Assembly: GCA_965226495.1 (NCBI GenBank)
Contig: OZ245365.1
Location: 2,272,001 to 2,336,000, forward strand
From: Candidatus Marinacidobacterales bacterium
Lineage (GTDB): Bacteria; Acidobacteriota; Vicinamibacteria; Marinacidobacterales; DATDRI01
Length of the DNA stretch: 64,000 nucleotides
Direction: 5' to 3'
Under the pieces are notes generated by a model. The model made no database searches. It was not told where the DNA came from and saw nothing but the letters and a program-made list of their open reading frames with translations. How positions within the stretch are numbered: the stretch's first letter is position 1; every line of letters starts with the position of its first letter. The position numbers and the translations under genes are program-made. Shown piece after piece: positions 1 through 9,649 of the stretch.

Positions 1-139
1 CGGCCCAGGGCTGGGCGTCGTTGACGGTGTAGATCTTGCCGTTGGTGTAGACGGTGTCGGCGACTTCACCGGCCGGCTGCTGGGCACAGCCGAGCGTGAG
101 GGCGACCAGAATTGTTGCGAGCCGAATCGTCGGTTTCAT
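1..139 (-). CDS. Amidohydrolase (YtcJ-like), N-terminal part; runs off window
   Basis: Manual translation MKPTIRLATILVALTLGCAQQPAGEVADTVYTNGKIYTVNDAQPWA: lipoprotein-like signal plus the ADxxxxNGxIYT motif. Confidence 0.7.
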   Translation of the reverse strand, partial: MKPTIRLATILVALTLGCAQQPAGEVADTVYTNGKIYTVNDAQPWA

Positions 140-180
140 CGTGGTTCCTTTCGATGACGAGCACAAGCTTGAGTGAGGTG

Positions 181-1002
181 TCAGTTGAAAAAATATGAGA
201 CCCCGAGCTTCAACTGCCAGCTCGGCGCCCCGTCCGGGCGAACGACCAGGGGATAGACGCCCACGCTCAGGTCCATGAAATCGCCGCTTTCGAAGACGAC
301 GGCCTTGCCGAAGGTTAGACCCAGGGGCACGGCCGCGTTGTCGTCAGCGTTCCAGTTATAGGTGATCGAGTTGTTGTAACCGATGTAGGCACCGGGCATC
401 GACTTCAATAGGTACATGACGATGGGCTGGAGGGTGAAGATACTGAAGTCGTCTTTGCCCCAGATCTGCATGCCGATAGCGCCGTAGGACCACTGGCCCG
501 AACCGCCGAAGACGACGCCGGCCAGGCCGCCGCCCCACCCGGGGCCTGCAGTTCTGTCGGAGGTGTGGGTTTTGAGTGTGACCTGGGGACCGATGCCCCA
601 CTTGAACGAGCCCTCCCCCTTGGGAGAGAAGAAGTACTGGACCACCGTGTCGCCGAGACCCCATTTGGAGCCGCTCTCCGGCCGGGGGTCGTCTCCGATC
701 GGCGGTGCAACGGCGCCGGCCTCGAGGCCGATGATAGGTACCACCGCGCGGACGATCATGTTGATCTTGGTTTTGTTCGGGATCGCATAGACGGGCTGGA
801 CCTGGAAGCCGAAGGACGTGTCGTCCTCATCCTCCCCGGCGTTGAAGGCGATGGTGTTGTCGGTCATGATTGCCTTGACGTTGCCGAGGGGGTCGGAGGC
901 TTTGCGCGCCGCCTCCTCCTCGGGGCTCAATCCCTGGGCCCAGGCCCCGTCCGCTAGAACGGTGAGGACGGCGAGGATTGCTAGGAGAGTTGTCTTTTTC
1001 AC
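181..1002 (-). CDS. Putative outer-membrane beta-barrel protein (transporter-like)
   Basis: GTG start at 1002 gives signal peptide VKKTTLLAILAVL..AWAQ; QPV, GLGD and WGIGP motifs; aromatic C-terminal strand SYFFN. Confidence 0.65.
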   Translation of the reverse strand: MKKTTLLAILAVLTVLADGAWAQGLSPEEEAARKASDPLGNVKAIMTDNTIAFNAGEDEDDTSFGFQVQPVYAIPNKTKINMIVRAVVPIIGLEAGAVAPPIGDDPRPESGSKWGLGDTVVQYFFSPKGEGSFKWGIGPQVTLKTHTSDRTAGPGWGGGLAGVVFGGSGQWSYGAIGMQIWGKDDFSIFTLQPIVMYLLKSMPGAYIGYNNSITYNWNADDNAAVPLGLTFGKAVVFESGDFMDLSVGVYPLVVRPDGAPSWQLKLGVSYFFN

Positions 1003-1017
1003 ACTTTCGCTCCAGTA

Positions 1018-1089
1018 CTCCTGCTCGTAAGCCACTTTTCCTTTGAAGATGGTCTTCTCAACTTCAGTCTTGTTGATCTCGGTTTCGGG
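1018..1089 (-). pseudogene. Possible C-terminal remnant of a YtcJ-type amidohydrolase
   Basis: PETEINKTEVEKTIFKGKVAYEQE resembles the terminal I..T.V..T...GKVVYE motif of amidohydrolase_3 proteins. Confidence 0.35.
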
Positions 1090-1162
1090 ATCTCGAGAAG
1101 CGATCGGTAAACAGTAGTCTCTTGGTCTCATGTCTCATCTCTTTCCGAGGAGTTTAAAGAAC

Positions 1163-1831
1163 TTAGCGGCAGGAAACGCCCAGCTCGCGGCGTTCTGTGC
1201 GCATGTCGAGGACGACTTTGTCGGTTTCGATGCTGGCTTGCTGCACGGTGTCGATGTCCGGATCCTTTTCGGCGATCTCTTCGAAGTACTGGTTGGCTTT
1301 CTTCGAGTCGCGCTGATCGACTGCCACCATGGCATCGAGCCAGATCGACGTAATGCGGTGGTCTTCGTTCTCAGAAACCGCTCCGACTTGGGCGAGCGCC
1401 GAGGCTCGTTTGTGCTGGCAGGCCCGAAGCGCCTTGTAGCCCTCATAGTTGTCTTTACCGATCGCCTCTTCGACTTGCCGCTCTAGGTCCTGGTTGGCTT
1501 TTTGAGCAACCTCAGCGGCCTGCTGTTCTTGCTGGCGTGTTTCCTGAACCTGGGTTTGCTGGGCCTTCTTCTTTTCTTTCCTCTCCTGCTCCTGCACGAC
1601 GGTGTTGGCGATGAGCCCGCCCGCCGCGCCGAGCGCTGCACCCTGAATGGAGCCGACGATCGGGTCGCGCCCAAGGGCGACGCCCAGGAGGGCCCCGATA
1701 CCGGCGGCCTTGCCCACTCCCACTACTTCTGTTTTTTCTTGAGGCTCGGCGGCCAGCGAAACGTGCACCGAGTCAAGCAGGACGGTCGCGACGAAGAGAC
1801 CTGTCGTTCCGAAAGCAATGTTTCTGTCCAT
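1163..1831 (-). CDS. Secreted/membrane protein with glycine zipper and coiled coil
   Basis: 222 aa; GAxxG-rich segment AAGIGALLGVALG...GAALGAAGG followed by a Q/E/K-rich helix. Confidence 0.6.
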   Translation of the reverse strand: MDRNIAFGTTGLFVATVLLDSVHVSLAAEPQEKTEVVGVGKAAGIGALLGVALGRDPIVGSIQGAALGAAGGLIANTVVQEQERKEKKKAQQTQVQETRQQEQQAAEVAQKANQDLERQVEEAIGKDNYEGYKALRACQHKRASALAQVGAVSENEDHRITSIWLDAMVAVDQRDSKKANQYFEEIAEKDPDIDTVQQASIETDKVVLDMRTERRELGVSCR

Positions 1832-1885
1832 AGAAGGTTCTCCCTACCCATAGGAACGCATATAAACTAGCTACTTCTATAAGCG

Positions 1886-2134
1886 TTGAAAGCCAGAATG
1901 TTCCGCAGCGGGAATTCTACTCGAAATCGAGGAAGCTCGACGAGCCCCGGAAAACGACGAAGGTATCCCGAACTTGATCTTCTGGAAGGCCCATTTTATC
2001 TCGGCGCTTCCATAAAGGCCGACCTCGTTGTGATGGGATTCCGCGGTGTCACTGGTGTTGAGCGCTTTCTCGTGGGCAGCGCAACGGAGAAAGTCGCCCG
2101 GTTTAGCGAAGTGCCAGTGTGGGTGGTGAAGTAG
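1886..2134 (+). pseudogene. Universal stress protein C-terminal fragment
   Basis: ADLVVMGFRG...FLVGSATEKVARFSEVPVWVVK is the Usp C-terminal signature; the N-terminal half is not Usp-like. Confidence 0.6.
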
Positions 2135-2167
2135 ACCCGCGGGTCGCCGAAACTTCGAACAAGGGCA

Positions 2168-3019
2168 CTAGGGCGCCCCGCCGAATAGCTCGGCCCAGCT
2201 GAAGACGATCGGCTCCGGGGTGAAGCACAGAACAAAAGTCGCGTACCCCAAAATACCCATCCACTTTCGGCTCTTGGGCAGGGGAGTCTCGTCGCTGAGG
2301 GTCGGTAGGTGTGGCCGCCGGATCCCGAGCAGAAATGCCAGGAGTGCCCAGACTAGCCAGGTCGGTCCGAAATACGCCATCGGGAAAAGCAGCAAAAACG
2401 CGATGCGCGACACTCGATGAGCGTTTCCCCGGAGAAGGGCGTAGGTGGCGTGCCCGCCGTCTAGCTGCCCAATGGGCATCAAGTTAATCGCCGTGGCGAG
2501 AAGGCCGAACCACGCAGCGAGTCCCACCGGGCTGATATAGAGGACTTGGTCGGCGGGTGCGTCAGGCCAAATCAACGCGCTGACGAGTTTGAAGAGGATA
2601 GGTTCTCCCAAGGTAAGGCCCTCTCCTCCGAGAGGCGGACCAAGCTTCGATTGGGAGATGCCGACGAAGAGAGCGGGAATCGTAACGATGAAGCCCGCGA
2701 ACGGACCGGCCAAGCCAATATCGATGAGCGAACGGCGGTGCGGGAAAGGTGATCGAATGAGAATGAACGCGCCCATCGTACCGATGATCGAAAACGGAAA
2801 GGGAATGAAGTAGGGGAGGCTAGCTTTGACATGATAGTAGCGCGCTGTGAGGTAGTGACCCATTTCATGCGAGAGAAGGATCGCCATGATGGTGAAGCTG
2901 AAGGGGGCACCATAAGTGAGAACGGTCTGGAGCTGTTTCGCCATCGGCATGACGCCGGGGAAAAGCTCCTGCGCCTCGGCAGAGGCGAACGCGAGTCCTT
3001 GGTAGGCGCCGACCAGCAA
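2168..3019 (-). CDS. Site-2 protease (M50 intramembrane metalloprotease); true start likely upstream of 3019
   Basis: HEMGH zinc motif, LAGP, NLMPIGQLDGGH; frame stays open up to 3205. Confidence 0.9.
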   Translation of the reverse strand: MLVGAYQGLAFASAEAQELFPGVMPMAKQLQTVLTYGAPFSFTIMAILLSHEMGHYLTARYYHVKASLPYFIPFPFSIIGTMGAFILIRSPFPHRRSLIDIGLAGPFAGFIVTIPALFVGISQSKLGPPLGGEGLTLGEPILFKLVSALIWPDAPADQVLYISPVGLAAWFGLLATAINLMPIGQLDGGHATYALLRGNAHRVSRIAFLLLFPMAYFGPTWLVWALLAFLLGIRRPHLPTLSDETPLPKSRKWMGILGYATFVLCFTPEPIVFSWAELFGGAP

Positions 3020-3205
3020 GGTCGAAGCGGTCGTCAGTAGAAACAGAACGACCTGAACGATCGGAAAACGGGGGCTAATGCGAGGTGCTCGAGGTGCTTG
3101 GCCGTAGGCCGGCCCTAGGAGTTCGTCTCGGAGAGGGGAAGTCGGCGAAGAGATGAGAGCCTCGGAGGAAACCCGAGTCAGCGGAAGGAGAAGTTTCCCG
3201 CGAGA

Positions 3206-3475
3206 CTACGGAATGCTTTGTAAATCCTTGCCCGGCTTGAAGCGGATGGTTCGTCCGGGAGGTATCCGAACCTCTTTCCCGGTACGTGGGTTCCGGCCGA
3301 TGCCGCGCTTACGTGGCTTGACCTGGAAGACCCCAAAGCCCCGCAGCTCGATGCGCTCGCCGCGCTTCATCGACTGTTTCATGGCATCCAAAACCGCCTC
3401 CACCGCCTGCTCAGATTTCACCTTTGTGATGTTCGCGGCAGCAGACACCTCGTTGATGATGTCTACCTTTATCAT
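3206..3475 (-). CDS. HU/IHF-family DNA-binding protein
   Basis: MIKVDIINEV...IELRGFGVFQV...GRNPRTG...FKPGK. Confidence 0.93.
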   Translation of the reverse strand: MIKVDIINEVSAAANITKVKSEQAVEAVLDAMKQSMKRGERIELRGFGVFQVKPRKRGIGRNPRTGKEVRIPPGRTIRFKPGKDLQSIP

Positions 3476-3644
3476 ATTGACCTCCCGAGAGATAGCAGCA
3501 TTCATTATAGGAGGAGCATCAAGAACGTGTCAAGCACTTTCCCCCATATCATGCTCTAAACAGCGAGGTTAGCGGGTTGCCCGCGGTCTCGAGCGGTGTT
3601 ATACTCGGGGACCTTCCTCGGAACTGATAGATTAATAAAGAGAT

Positions 3645-4967
3645 ATGGGCGAAAAAGTACTTCCGGTAGTCGCCATCGTCGGGCGACCGAACGTCGGCAA
3701 ATCGACTCTCTTCAATCGCATCACCGGTGTCCGTCGCGCGATCGTCGACGCCGTGGCTGGGTCGACTCGGGACCGTAACAAGGCGCCCGCGAATTGGGCC
3801 GGTACGGATTTCGAGCTCGTGGACACCGGCGGCCTCTACGATCATCCAGACACTTCGCTCGAACACCAGGTCGTCGCACAGTGCGAGGTCGCGATCGAAG
3901 AGGGCGATTTGCTCTGTTGGGTCGTGGACGGTATCGCCGGGATCGTCCCCGAAGACGAAGCGGTCGCCCAGAAACTTCGGCCCCACTCAGAGCGGGTGCT
4001 GCTGGTGGTGAACAAGGTCGACCATCGTCGCCGAGAAGCCGAAGCCATGGAGTTTCACCGCCTAGGGTTTGGGTCGCTTTTAGAGGTGTCAGCCGAGCAT
4101 GGGCTGGGCGTCAACGATCTCTTGGATGAGATCGTGAGACGTCTGCCGGAAACGACCGAGCTCGAGGAGAGGGATGAAATCCGAATCGCGATCGTCGGTC
4201 GTCCCAACGTTGGCAAGTCATCTCTATTGAATCGGTTCGCCGGCGAAGAGCGCGCGGTGGTTAGTGACAAGGCTGGTACCACTCGCGATCCCGTAGATAC
4301 GGTGCTCGAAGTGGAGGGACGCGTCTATCGTTTCGTGGACACCGCAGGGATTCGTCGGCGAGGCAAGACACCGTCGCGCGCCGATCAGATCAGTGTGCTC
4401 TACGCCGAGCGTGCCATCGCCCGAGCGCACATTTGCTTGCTGGTCGTCGATGCTAGCGAAGGGCTCACGAGTGAGGATCGCACTATCGCTGGCAAGGTGG
4501 CTGACGCAGGACGGGGAGCGATTATCGTCTTTAACAAGTGGGATATTGTCGAGGAGCGCGAAAAAGAGGCTAAGGAGCGCCGGGAAGACGTAGCCGAAGA
4601 TCTCCCGCATCTTGCCTTTGCACCTCTCGTGTTCGTTTCTGCTCTCGATGGAAGGAGTACCCACAAGATCCTTCCTCTGGTCGATGGGGTTAGGAAGCAG
4701 CAGACGCAACGTATTGCTACACCAACACTTAACCAGTTTCTCCAGACCGAAGCGAGCCATCACCCCCCCCGAGCCAAGGGCGGCAAGGAGGTCAATCTCT
4801 TCTACATGGCGCAGGTAGGCACGACACCGCCCCGTTTCGTCGTGTTCGCCAGCAAGTCGAAGGAAGTCGAGCGCACCTACACGCGCTACCTCGCGCGCCG
4901 TCTTCGGGAGGAGTTCGGGTTCGAGGGAACTCCGGTCCGGGTGACGCTCCGAGAACGCCGCAAGTAG
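3645..4967 (+). CDS. der: Ribosome biogenesis GTPase Der (EngA)
   Basis: Two GRPNVGKS P-loops, DTGG/DTAG, NKVD/NKWD, KH-like C-terminus. Confidence 0.97.
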   Translation: MGEKVLPVVAIVGRPNVGKSTLFNRITGVRRAIVDAVAGSTRDRNKAPANWAGTDFELVDTGGLYDHPDTSLEHQVVAQCEVAIEEGDLLCWVVDGIAGIVPEDEAVAQKLRPHSERVLLVVNKVDHRRREAEAMEFHRLGFGSLLEVSAEHGLGVNDLLDEIVRRLPETTELEERDEIRIAIVGRPNVGKSSLLNRFAGEERAVVSDKAGTTRDPVDTVLEVEGRVYRFVDTAGIRRRGKTPSRADQISVLYAERAIARAHICLLVVDASEGLTSEDRTIAGKVADAGRGAIIVFNKWDIVEEREKEAKERREDVAEDLPHLAFAPLVFVSALDGRSTHKILPLVDGVRKQQTQRIATPTLNQFLQTEASHHPPRAKGGKEVNLFYMAQVGTTPPRFVVFASKSKEVERTYTRYLARRLREEFGFEGTPVRVTLRERRK

Positions 4968-4991
4968 GGCCCCATCGTGTAATGTTTACGC

Positions 4992-5019
4992 TTGACTTGG
5001 GTGACAAGTCTCATATAAT
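4992..5019 (+). promoter_or_regulatory. Sigma70-like promoter of ihf-merR with overlapping inverted repeat
   Basis: TTGACT-16 nt-TATAAT; GACTTG-ggtga-CAAGTC dyad at 4994-5010. Confidence 0.6.
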
Positions 5020-5118
5020 GCATTAGGATATCAACTGAACCTCTAGTCTTTTCAGTCCTTTAACTTAACCAGTATTGACCTCTGTGCGCCGAGTGCCGAA
5101 TGGTGTTTTGACTTCTCT

Positions 5119-5394
5119 ATGACCAAGGCCGACCTTGCTAGGGTGGTTTACGAACGTCACGGCGGCCTCTCTAACAAGGAGGCCTCCAAGTTGGTGGACT
5201 TGATACTCGGCTTTATCAAGGAAGGCCTAAAGAGTGGCCAAAGAGTGCAAATCACCGGTTTCGGAACATTTGCTGTCAGGGGCAAGAAGGGCCGAAAGGG
5301 CCGGAATCCGCAAACTGGCGAGGAGATGAATATCCTTCCCCGCAAGTCGGTCGTGTTCAAGCCCTCGAAATCGTTTCAGGCCACCCTCACTTGA
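5119..5394 (+). CDS. ihfA: Integration host factor alpha-like / HU-family protein
   Basis: MTKADL...ITGFGTF...GRNPQTG...FKPS; lies upstream of merR and tRNA-Pro as ihfA typically does. Confidence 0.8.
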   Translation: MTKADLARVVYERHGGLSNKEASKLVDLILGFIKEGLKSGQRVQITGFGTFAVRGKKGRKGRNPQTGEEMNILPRKSVVFKPSKSFQATLT

Positions 5395-5426
5395 GTGGTT
5401 AGCGCCGAAAACCGATCCGAGCGAGC

Positions 5427-5822
5427 ATGGATAAGAAGATCCCGAACAAGCTCTTCTTCAAGATCGGGGAAGTCTGCGATCTGACCGAGACCCAGCCCTA
5501 CGTCCTACGCTATTGGGAGTCGGAGTTTCCTGCGCTGGCTCCAGCCAAGAACAACTCGGGACAACGCATCTATCGGCGCCGAGATATCGAGACCATTCTT
5601 CGCATCAAGGCGCTGCTTTATGAGGAGGGTTTCACCATCGCCGGCGCCAAGAAGAGGCTAGAGCAGGAAGTGAAAGAAGAAGGGGCTGGGGATAAAGGGC
5701 AGCCGCCCGTCACGCGTCCTCTCGAGGGCGAGATGAGCGGCGGCCGGATCGAGGAAATCAAGTCGGGGCTCAAGGATATTTTGCAGATTCTCGAAGCGAA
5801 CACCCCTAAGGTAGAGGAGTAG
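5427..5822 (+). CDS. MerR-family transcriptional regulator
   Basis: KLFFKIGEV...[10 protein letters not shown]...[20 protein letters not shown]. Confidence 0.92.
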   Translation: MDKKIPNKLFFKIGEVCDLTETQPYVLRYWESEFPALAPAKNNSGQRIYRRRDIETILRIKALLYEEGFTIAGAKKRLEQEVKEEGAGDKGQPPVTRPLEGEMSGGRIEEIKSGLKDILQILEANTPKVEE

Positions 5823-5830
5823 GGGCTGCA

Positions 5831-5859
5831 TTGAACACCATTTCTGTGCGTGGTACGAT
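5831..5859 (+). promoter_or_regulatory. Putative promoter for tRNA-Pro
   Basis: TTGAAC-17 nt-TACGAT with TGG extended -10. Confidence 0.45.
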
Positions 5860-5883
5860 GCAGTTTGCATCGAACGCCCAGAT

Positions 5884-5960
5884 CGGGACGTAGCGCAGCC
5901 TGGTAGCGCACTTGCTTGGGGTGCAAGTGGTCGTGGGTTCAAATCCCGCCGTCCCGACCA
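5884..5960 (+). tRNA. tRNA-Pro(GGG)
   Basis: CGGGACG...CGTCCCG-ACCA acceptor; anticodon arm CTTGC-TTGGGGT-GCAAG; GGTTCAAATCC T-arm. Confidence 0.96.
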
Positions 5961-6071
5961 TATTTCCTGCTATCATCTTAGTAATAAATCCGGTCGAGAA
6001 TGTTGAGCTTCGAACCGGCGCCCGACCGCTTTGTCTTGGCGCCCGTCGTGTTCTAGTCAAGGAGGAAAGTC

Positions 6072-6836
6072 ATCCGAATCCTGGTGACGAATGACGACGG
6101 TGTGGAGTCCCCCGGGATTCATGCCCTTGCCGAGAAGCTGGCCGAGGTAGGCGAAGTCACCGTCGTGGCACCGGCCCACGAAGTTAGCGGCGTGAGCCAT
6201 GCGCTCACTCTCTCCGAGCCCTTGCGTTACGAGCAGCTCGAGGAAAGACTATTTTCCGTCGAGGGAACCCCTACCGATTGCGTGAATCTCGCGGTGGGGA
6301 ATCTCCTGCCGCACCGTCCGGATTTGGTGGTCTCCGGCATCAATCGCGGTGCGAACCTTGGCGATGACGTTACCTACTCTGGAACGGTGGCGGGTGCTAT
6401 GGAAGGCGCGATGCTCGGTATCACTTCCTTTGCGGTCTCTTTAGCATCGAAGACGTCCGAGGAGTTCGGGACCGCGAGCGAGTTCGCGGTGCAACTCGCG
6501 CACGTCATCACGCGCAAGACGTTGCCGCGGCAGACCTTTCTCAATGTGAACGTGCCCACCGGCGACGTCGAGGGCATTCGGATCACGAACCAGGGGGGCG
6601 GCGACTATCGAGCCAACGCCGATAAGCGTATGGAGCGACGGTCACGCGTTACCTTGTGGCTCAAGCGGGGCTTCAGCCGCTGGGAGCGAAACGGGATCTC
6701 CGATATCGCCGCGGTGCGCGAGAACCTGATCTCGGTGACACCTCTCCACATCGACTTCACGAACTACAACGCCTTAGATGAGCTCGCCTCCTGGGGGCTA
6801 AATTGGAACGGTGGCCCCCGTAACCACAGTCGTTGA
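6072..6836 (+). CDS. surE: 5'/3'-nucleotidase SurE (apparent ATC start at 6072)
   Basis: RILVTNDDG, GTPTDC, SGINRGANLG, YSGTV motifs. Confidence 0.95.
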   Translation: MRILVTNDDGVESPGIHALAEKLAEVGEVTVVAPAHEVSGVSHALTLSEPLRYEQLEERLFSVEGTPTDCVNLAVGNLLPHRPDLVVSGINRGANLGDDVTYSGTVAGAMEGAMLGITSFAVSLASKTSEEFGTASEFAVQLAHVITRKTLPRQTFLNVNVPTGDVEGIRITNQGGGDYRANADKRMERRSRVTLWLKRGFSRWERNGISDIAAVRENLISVTPLHIDFTNYNALDELASWGLNWNGGPRNHSR

Positions 6837-6851
6837 GACGCCCTTCCTGAC

Positions 6852-7451
6852 ATGAAATTGTTTCGCCGTCTCTACGATTGGGTCATGCATTGGGCCGAGA
6901 CGCCCTACGGCACACCGGCTTTGGGCCTGCTGTCTTTTGCGGAGTCCGCTTTCTTTCCGGTCCCCCCCGATCCACTCCTGATTGCGCTGTCACTTTCGAG
7001 ACCGAGACGGGCGATCTTCTACGCGGCGGTGACGTCGGTGTGCTCCGTTGCCGGTGGGCTGCTCGGCTATGCGATCGGAGCCTGGGCGTGGCACTTGGTA
7101 GAGGACTTCTTCTTCCAATACTTGGGGCCGATGGGCTTCACCCCTGACAATTTCGAAGTCGTGCAAGGCAAGTACGAGGCGAACGCCTTCATGGCTATCT
7201 TCGCTGCCGGACTTACGCCGATCCCGTACAAGGTTTTTACCGTGGCGGCGGGGGTCTTCTCGCTTAGTTTGGGCCCATTCGTCTTGGCTTCGATCTTGAG
7301 CCGTTCGCTCAGGTTCTTCGGTGTGGCCACGCTCATTACGCTCTTCGGGCCGAGCATCAAGGTCTTCATCGACCGCTACTTCAACGTCTTGACGGTCCTC
7401 TTCTTCGTGCTCCTATTTGGAGGTTTCCTCGTGGTAAGGTATCTTTTGTAG
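6852..7451 (+). CDS. YqaA/DedA (VTT domain) membrane protein
   Basis: [29 protein letters not shown]. Confidence 0.9.
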   Translation: MKLFRRLYDWVMHWAETPYGTPALGLLSFAESAFFPVPPDPLLIALSLSRPRRAIFYAAVTSVCSVAGGLLGYAIGAWAWHLVEDFFFQYLGPMGFTPDNFEVVQGKYEANAFMAIFAAGLTPIPYKVFTVAAGVFSLSLGPFVLASILSRSLRFFGVATLITLFGPSIKVFIDRYFNVLTVLFFVLLFGGFLVVRYLL

Positions 7452-7464
7452 TCTAGTTTGAAGT

Positions 7465-7541
<77 letters not shown>

Positions 7542-7587
7542 TTTTAGACGGCGCGTGGCCGCGCCTCACATCCTCCTTGGCTTGACG

Positions 7588-8421
7588 CTACTTTCCCTTC
7601 TTAGCTTTGTTTTTGTGCTTCGAGTCGTCGTCCGACGAGCCGTCGTCTTTAGAGTCCTTAGAGCCAGAGTCCTTGGACCCAGAGTCCTTAGAGCCGTCGT
7701 CGGAATCCTTGGATGGGACGTCCAACTCCGCGAGGATGGCCTCCGCATCAGCGATGAGCTCATCGGCGTCAAGCGCGGGGATTTTCTTCCCACGCTGAGC
7801 CTCGACTTCGTGGATGAACGCCTTTAGCACGTTGGCTGCGGCGCGGTCGTTCTTGGGGTTGGGATCGCAGAGAGACCGTCCGGCGTTCCTGAGCTTCTTT
7901 ACCAGACTGTTTCCGGTGCCTTGGTGGAGATTCAGATCCTGAACCTTCTGGATAAGGCCACTAAGCGGGTCACAGAGGAGCGGTCCCCGTAGGTAGGAGG
8001 TGAGTCCCTGGGAGGCGAGGCAGCTTTGGCCGCCGTCGGCGTCCATGCAGCCAGATTTCTTGCTAACCCACGTCTCGAGATCGAAATTGGATCGGTTGCC
8101 GGTCAGCGTGCTTCGCACGCACACCAGTGTCCCGTTGGTGACGAGCTCTTGAGGCTTCATGTTGCACACCTTCATGCCACTGCCTATCTGGCTCGTGGCG
8201 TCATCGAAGGTCGCAATAGTGCAGGACCCGCAAGAGAATTCGAGATTGGTCCCGAGGAGAGGTCCGGAAAAGCCCGATCGGCTGATGGCGACGTTGGGCT
8301 CGATGACCTCGGTGAAGTCGTTGTCTGGGCCCAGGATGACGAGGTCGAACTGGTCCATCCAAGAACCGCTCATACCCAGTAGTCCCAGCGCCAACGCAAA
8401 GATCGCGAGTTTGCCGCGCAT
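7588..8421 (-). CDS. Secreted Cys-rich protein with FIMAH-like helical domain and SKDSG low-complexity tail
   Basis: Signal peptide; SLVKKL..A...AAANVLKAFIHEVEAQRGKKI...ADELIADA; tail repeats. Confidence 0.6.
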   Translation of the reverse strand: MRGKLAIFALALGLLGMSGSWMDQFDLVILGPDNDFTEVIEPNVAISRSGFSGPLLGTNLEFSCGSCTIATFDDATSQIGSGMKVCNMKPQELVTNGTLVCVRSTLTGNRSNFDLETWVSKKSGCMDADGGQSCLASQGLTSYLRGPLLCDPLSGLIQKVQDLNLHQGTGNSLVKKLRNAGRSLCDPNPKNDRAAANVLKAFIHEVEAQRGKKIPALDADELIADAEAILAELDVPSKDSDDGSKDSGSKDSGSKDSKDDGSSDDDSKHKNKAKKGK

Positions 8422-8697
8422 TTCACCCTCCACCGCCCACTGCAGGCAGCTATCCCTTTACGTAGAAGGCCTGGCATGCACCAGTCCCTCCACATTCTTT
8501 ATCGGGTCATGTTGGGGGTGAGACCAAAACTGAGTTGGATACAAATATAGTACAAGAAAAGAGGGGAGTTTGCCAGTGCGAACCCGGGCCGGCGTCGACT
8601 CTTGTCGACTTTTGCTGACTTTTACTTCAGGGCGTGGGGGAAGGTCGGGGAGCTTGTCGTTCGCTCTCCGAGTGCTATTATTTGATCAAGCTCACAA

Positions 8698-9528
8698 ATG
8701 ACTGTCTATAAGCTTCGCCCCCTTTACTCCCTTTACTTCCTGCCGCTAGCGTTTCTCGTCCTCGCCGCAATGGTCCGCCCGACCACCGGCCAAACGATCG
8801 AGACGTATCGCGCCAAGCACCGCCTCGCCGCAGACCTCGTGGCAATCGCCGAGGGTGCGTTGGGGCCGAATGGTCAGGTTGTTCTCGACACTAGGACGGC
8901 AACCTTGATCCTGAACGGAACTCCGCAGGCGGTGCACAGAGCACTTGCCCTCCTCGAGGCACTCGACCGACCGCTTCGACACGTGGTCGTCACGTATGAG
9001 ATGAAAGAAGGGGCCGAGCTTGACGTTCTCGAAGCTCAGGTGGCCTGGAAGGCGTCCATCGGACCGGTGCGAATTGGAACACTAGGGCTGCCGGGAGATG
9101 GCGTCCGACTCTCTGCGAACGCGACGCGTGTCACCCGGCGTGGCAACTCGAAAGCTTCGCTCAAAATGCTCGAAGGCGGCTCGGGGATGATACGCACCGG
9201 TGAGGCGTTTCCTTTCATATACGAGCCATACTACGGCGCCGGCGTACTGGTTCCGGTCGAGTCCGGTTTCGAAGTGTCCGCTTCCGTCCTGGCCGACGAT
9301 CGAGTGCGGCTCGACCTGCGACCCTTCGCGGGGCGGCTGAAAAAGGACGATACATTGCAGTACACGGCGGCCGAGACCTCGCTCACGGTAACGCCCGGCG
9401 AGATGGTGGTGTTTGCCGAAATATCGGAGGATACGACAGACCAGCAGATCGGTCTGGATGGTGGAGGAAGGCACCATCTGAGCAATCAGCAGGTGCTCAT
9501 CCTATCCGTGGATGTCGAAGAGCCCTGA
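8698..9528 (+). CDS. Short secretin-like protein (NolW/N3 domain plus reduced beta domain)
   Basis: DTRTATLILNGT...ALLEALDRPLRHVVV, G..IRTGE..P, SGFEV..S. Confidence 0.6.
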   Translation: MTVYKLRPLYSLYFLPLAFLVLAAMVRPTTGQTIETYRAKHRLAADLVAIAEGALGPNGQVVLDTRTATLILNGTPQAVHRALALLEALDRPLRHVVVTYEMKEGAELDVLEAQVAWKASIGPVRIGTLGLPGDGVRLSANATRVTRRGNSKASLKMLEGGSGMIRTGEAFPFIYEPYYGAGVLVPVESGFEVSASVLADDRVRLDLRPFAGRLKKDDTLQYTAAETSLTVTPGEMVVFAEISEDTTDQQIGLDGGGRHHLSNQQVLILSVDVEEP

Positions 9529-9649
9529 CAACAAAGACAACAAGTGCCACCCACTTGGTAATTCCCCAGGATTCAAGGGTTTGGCTTGCAGCCCCGACAG
9601 CCCACAGACTATAGTTCGTTGCCCGGAGTGCTCAGATGAAACTGACGGA

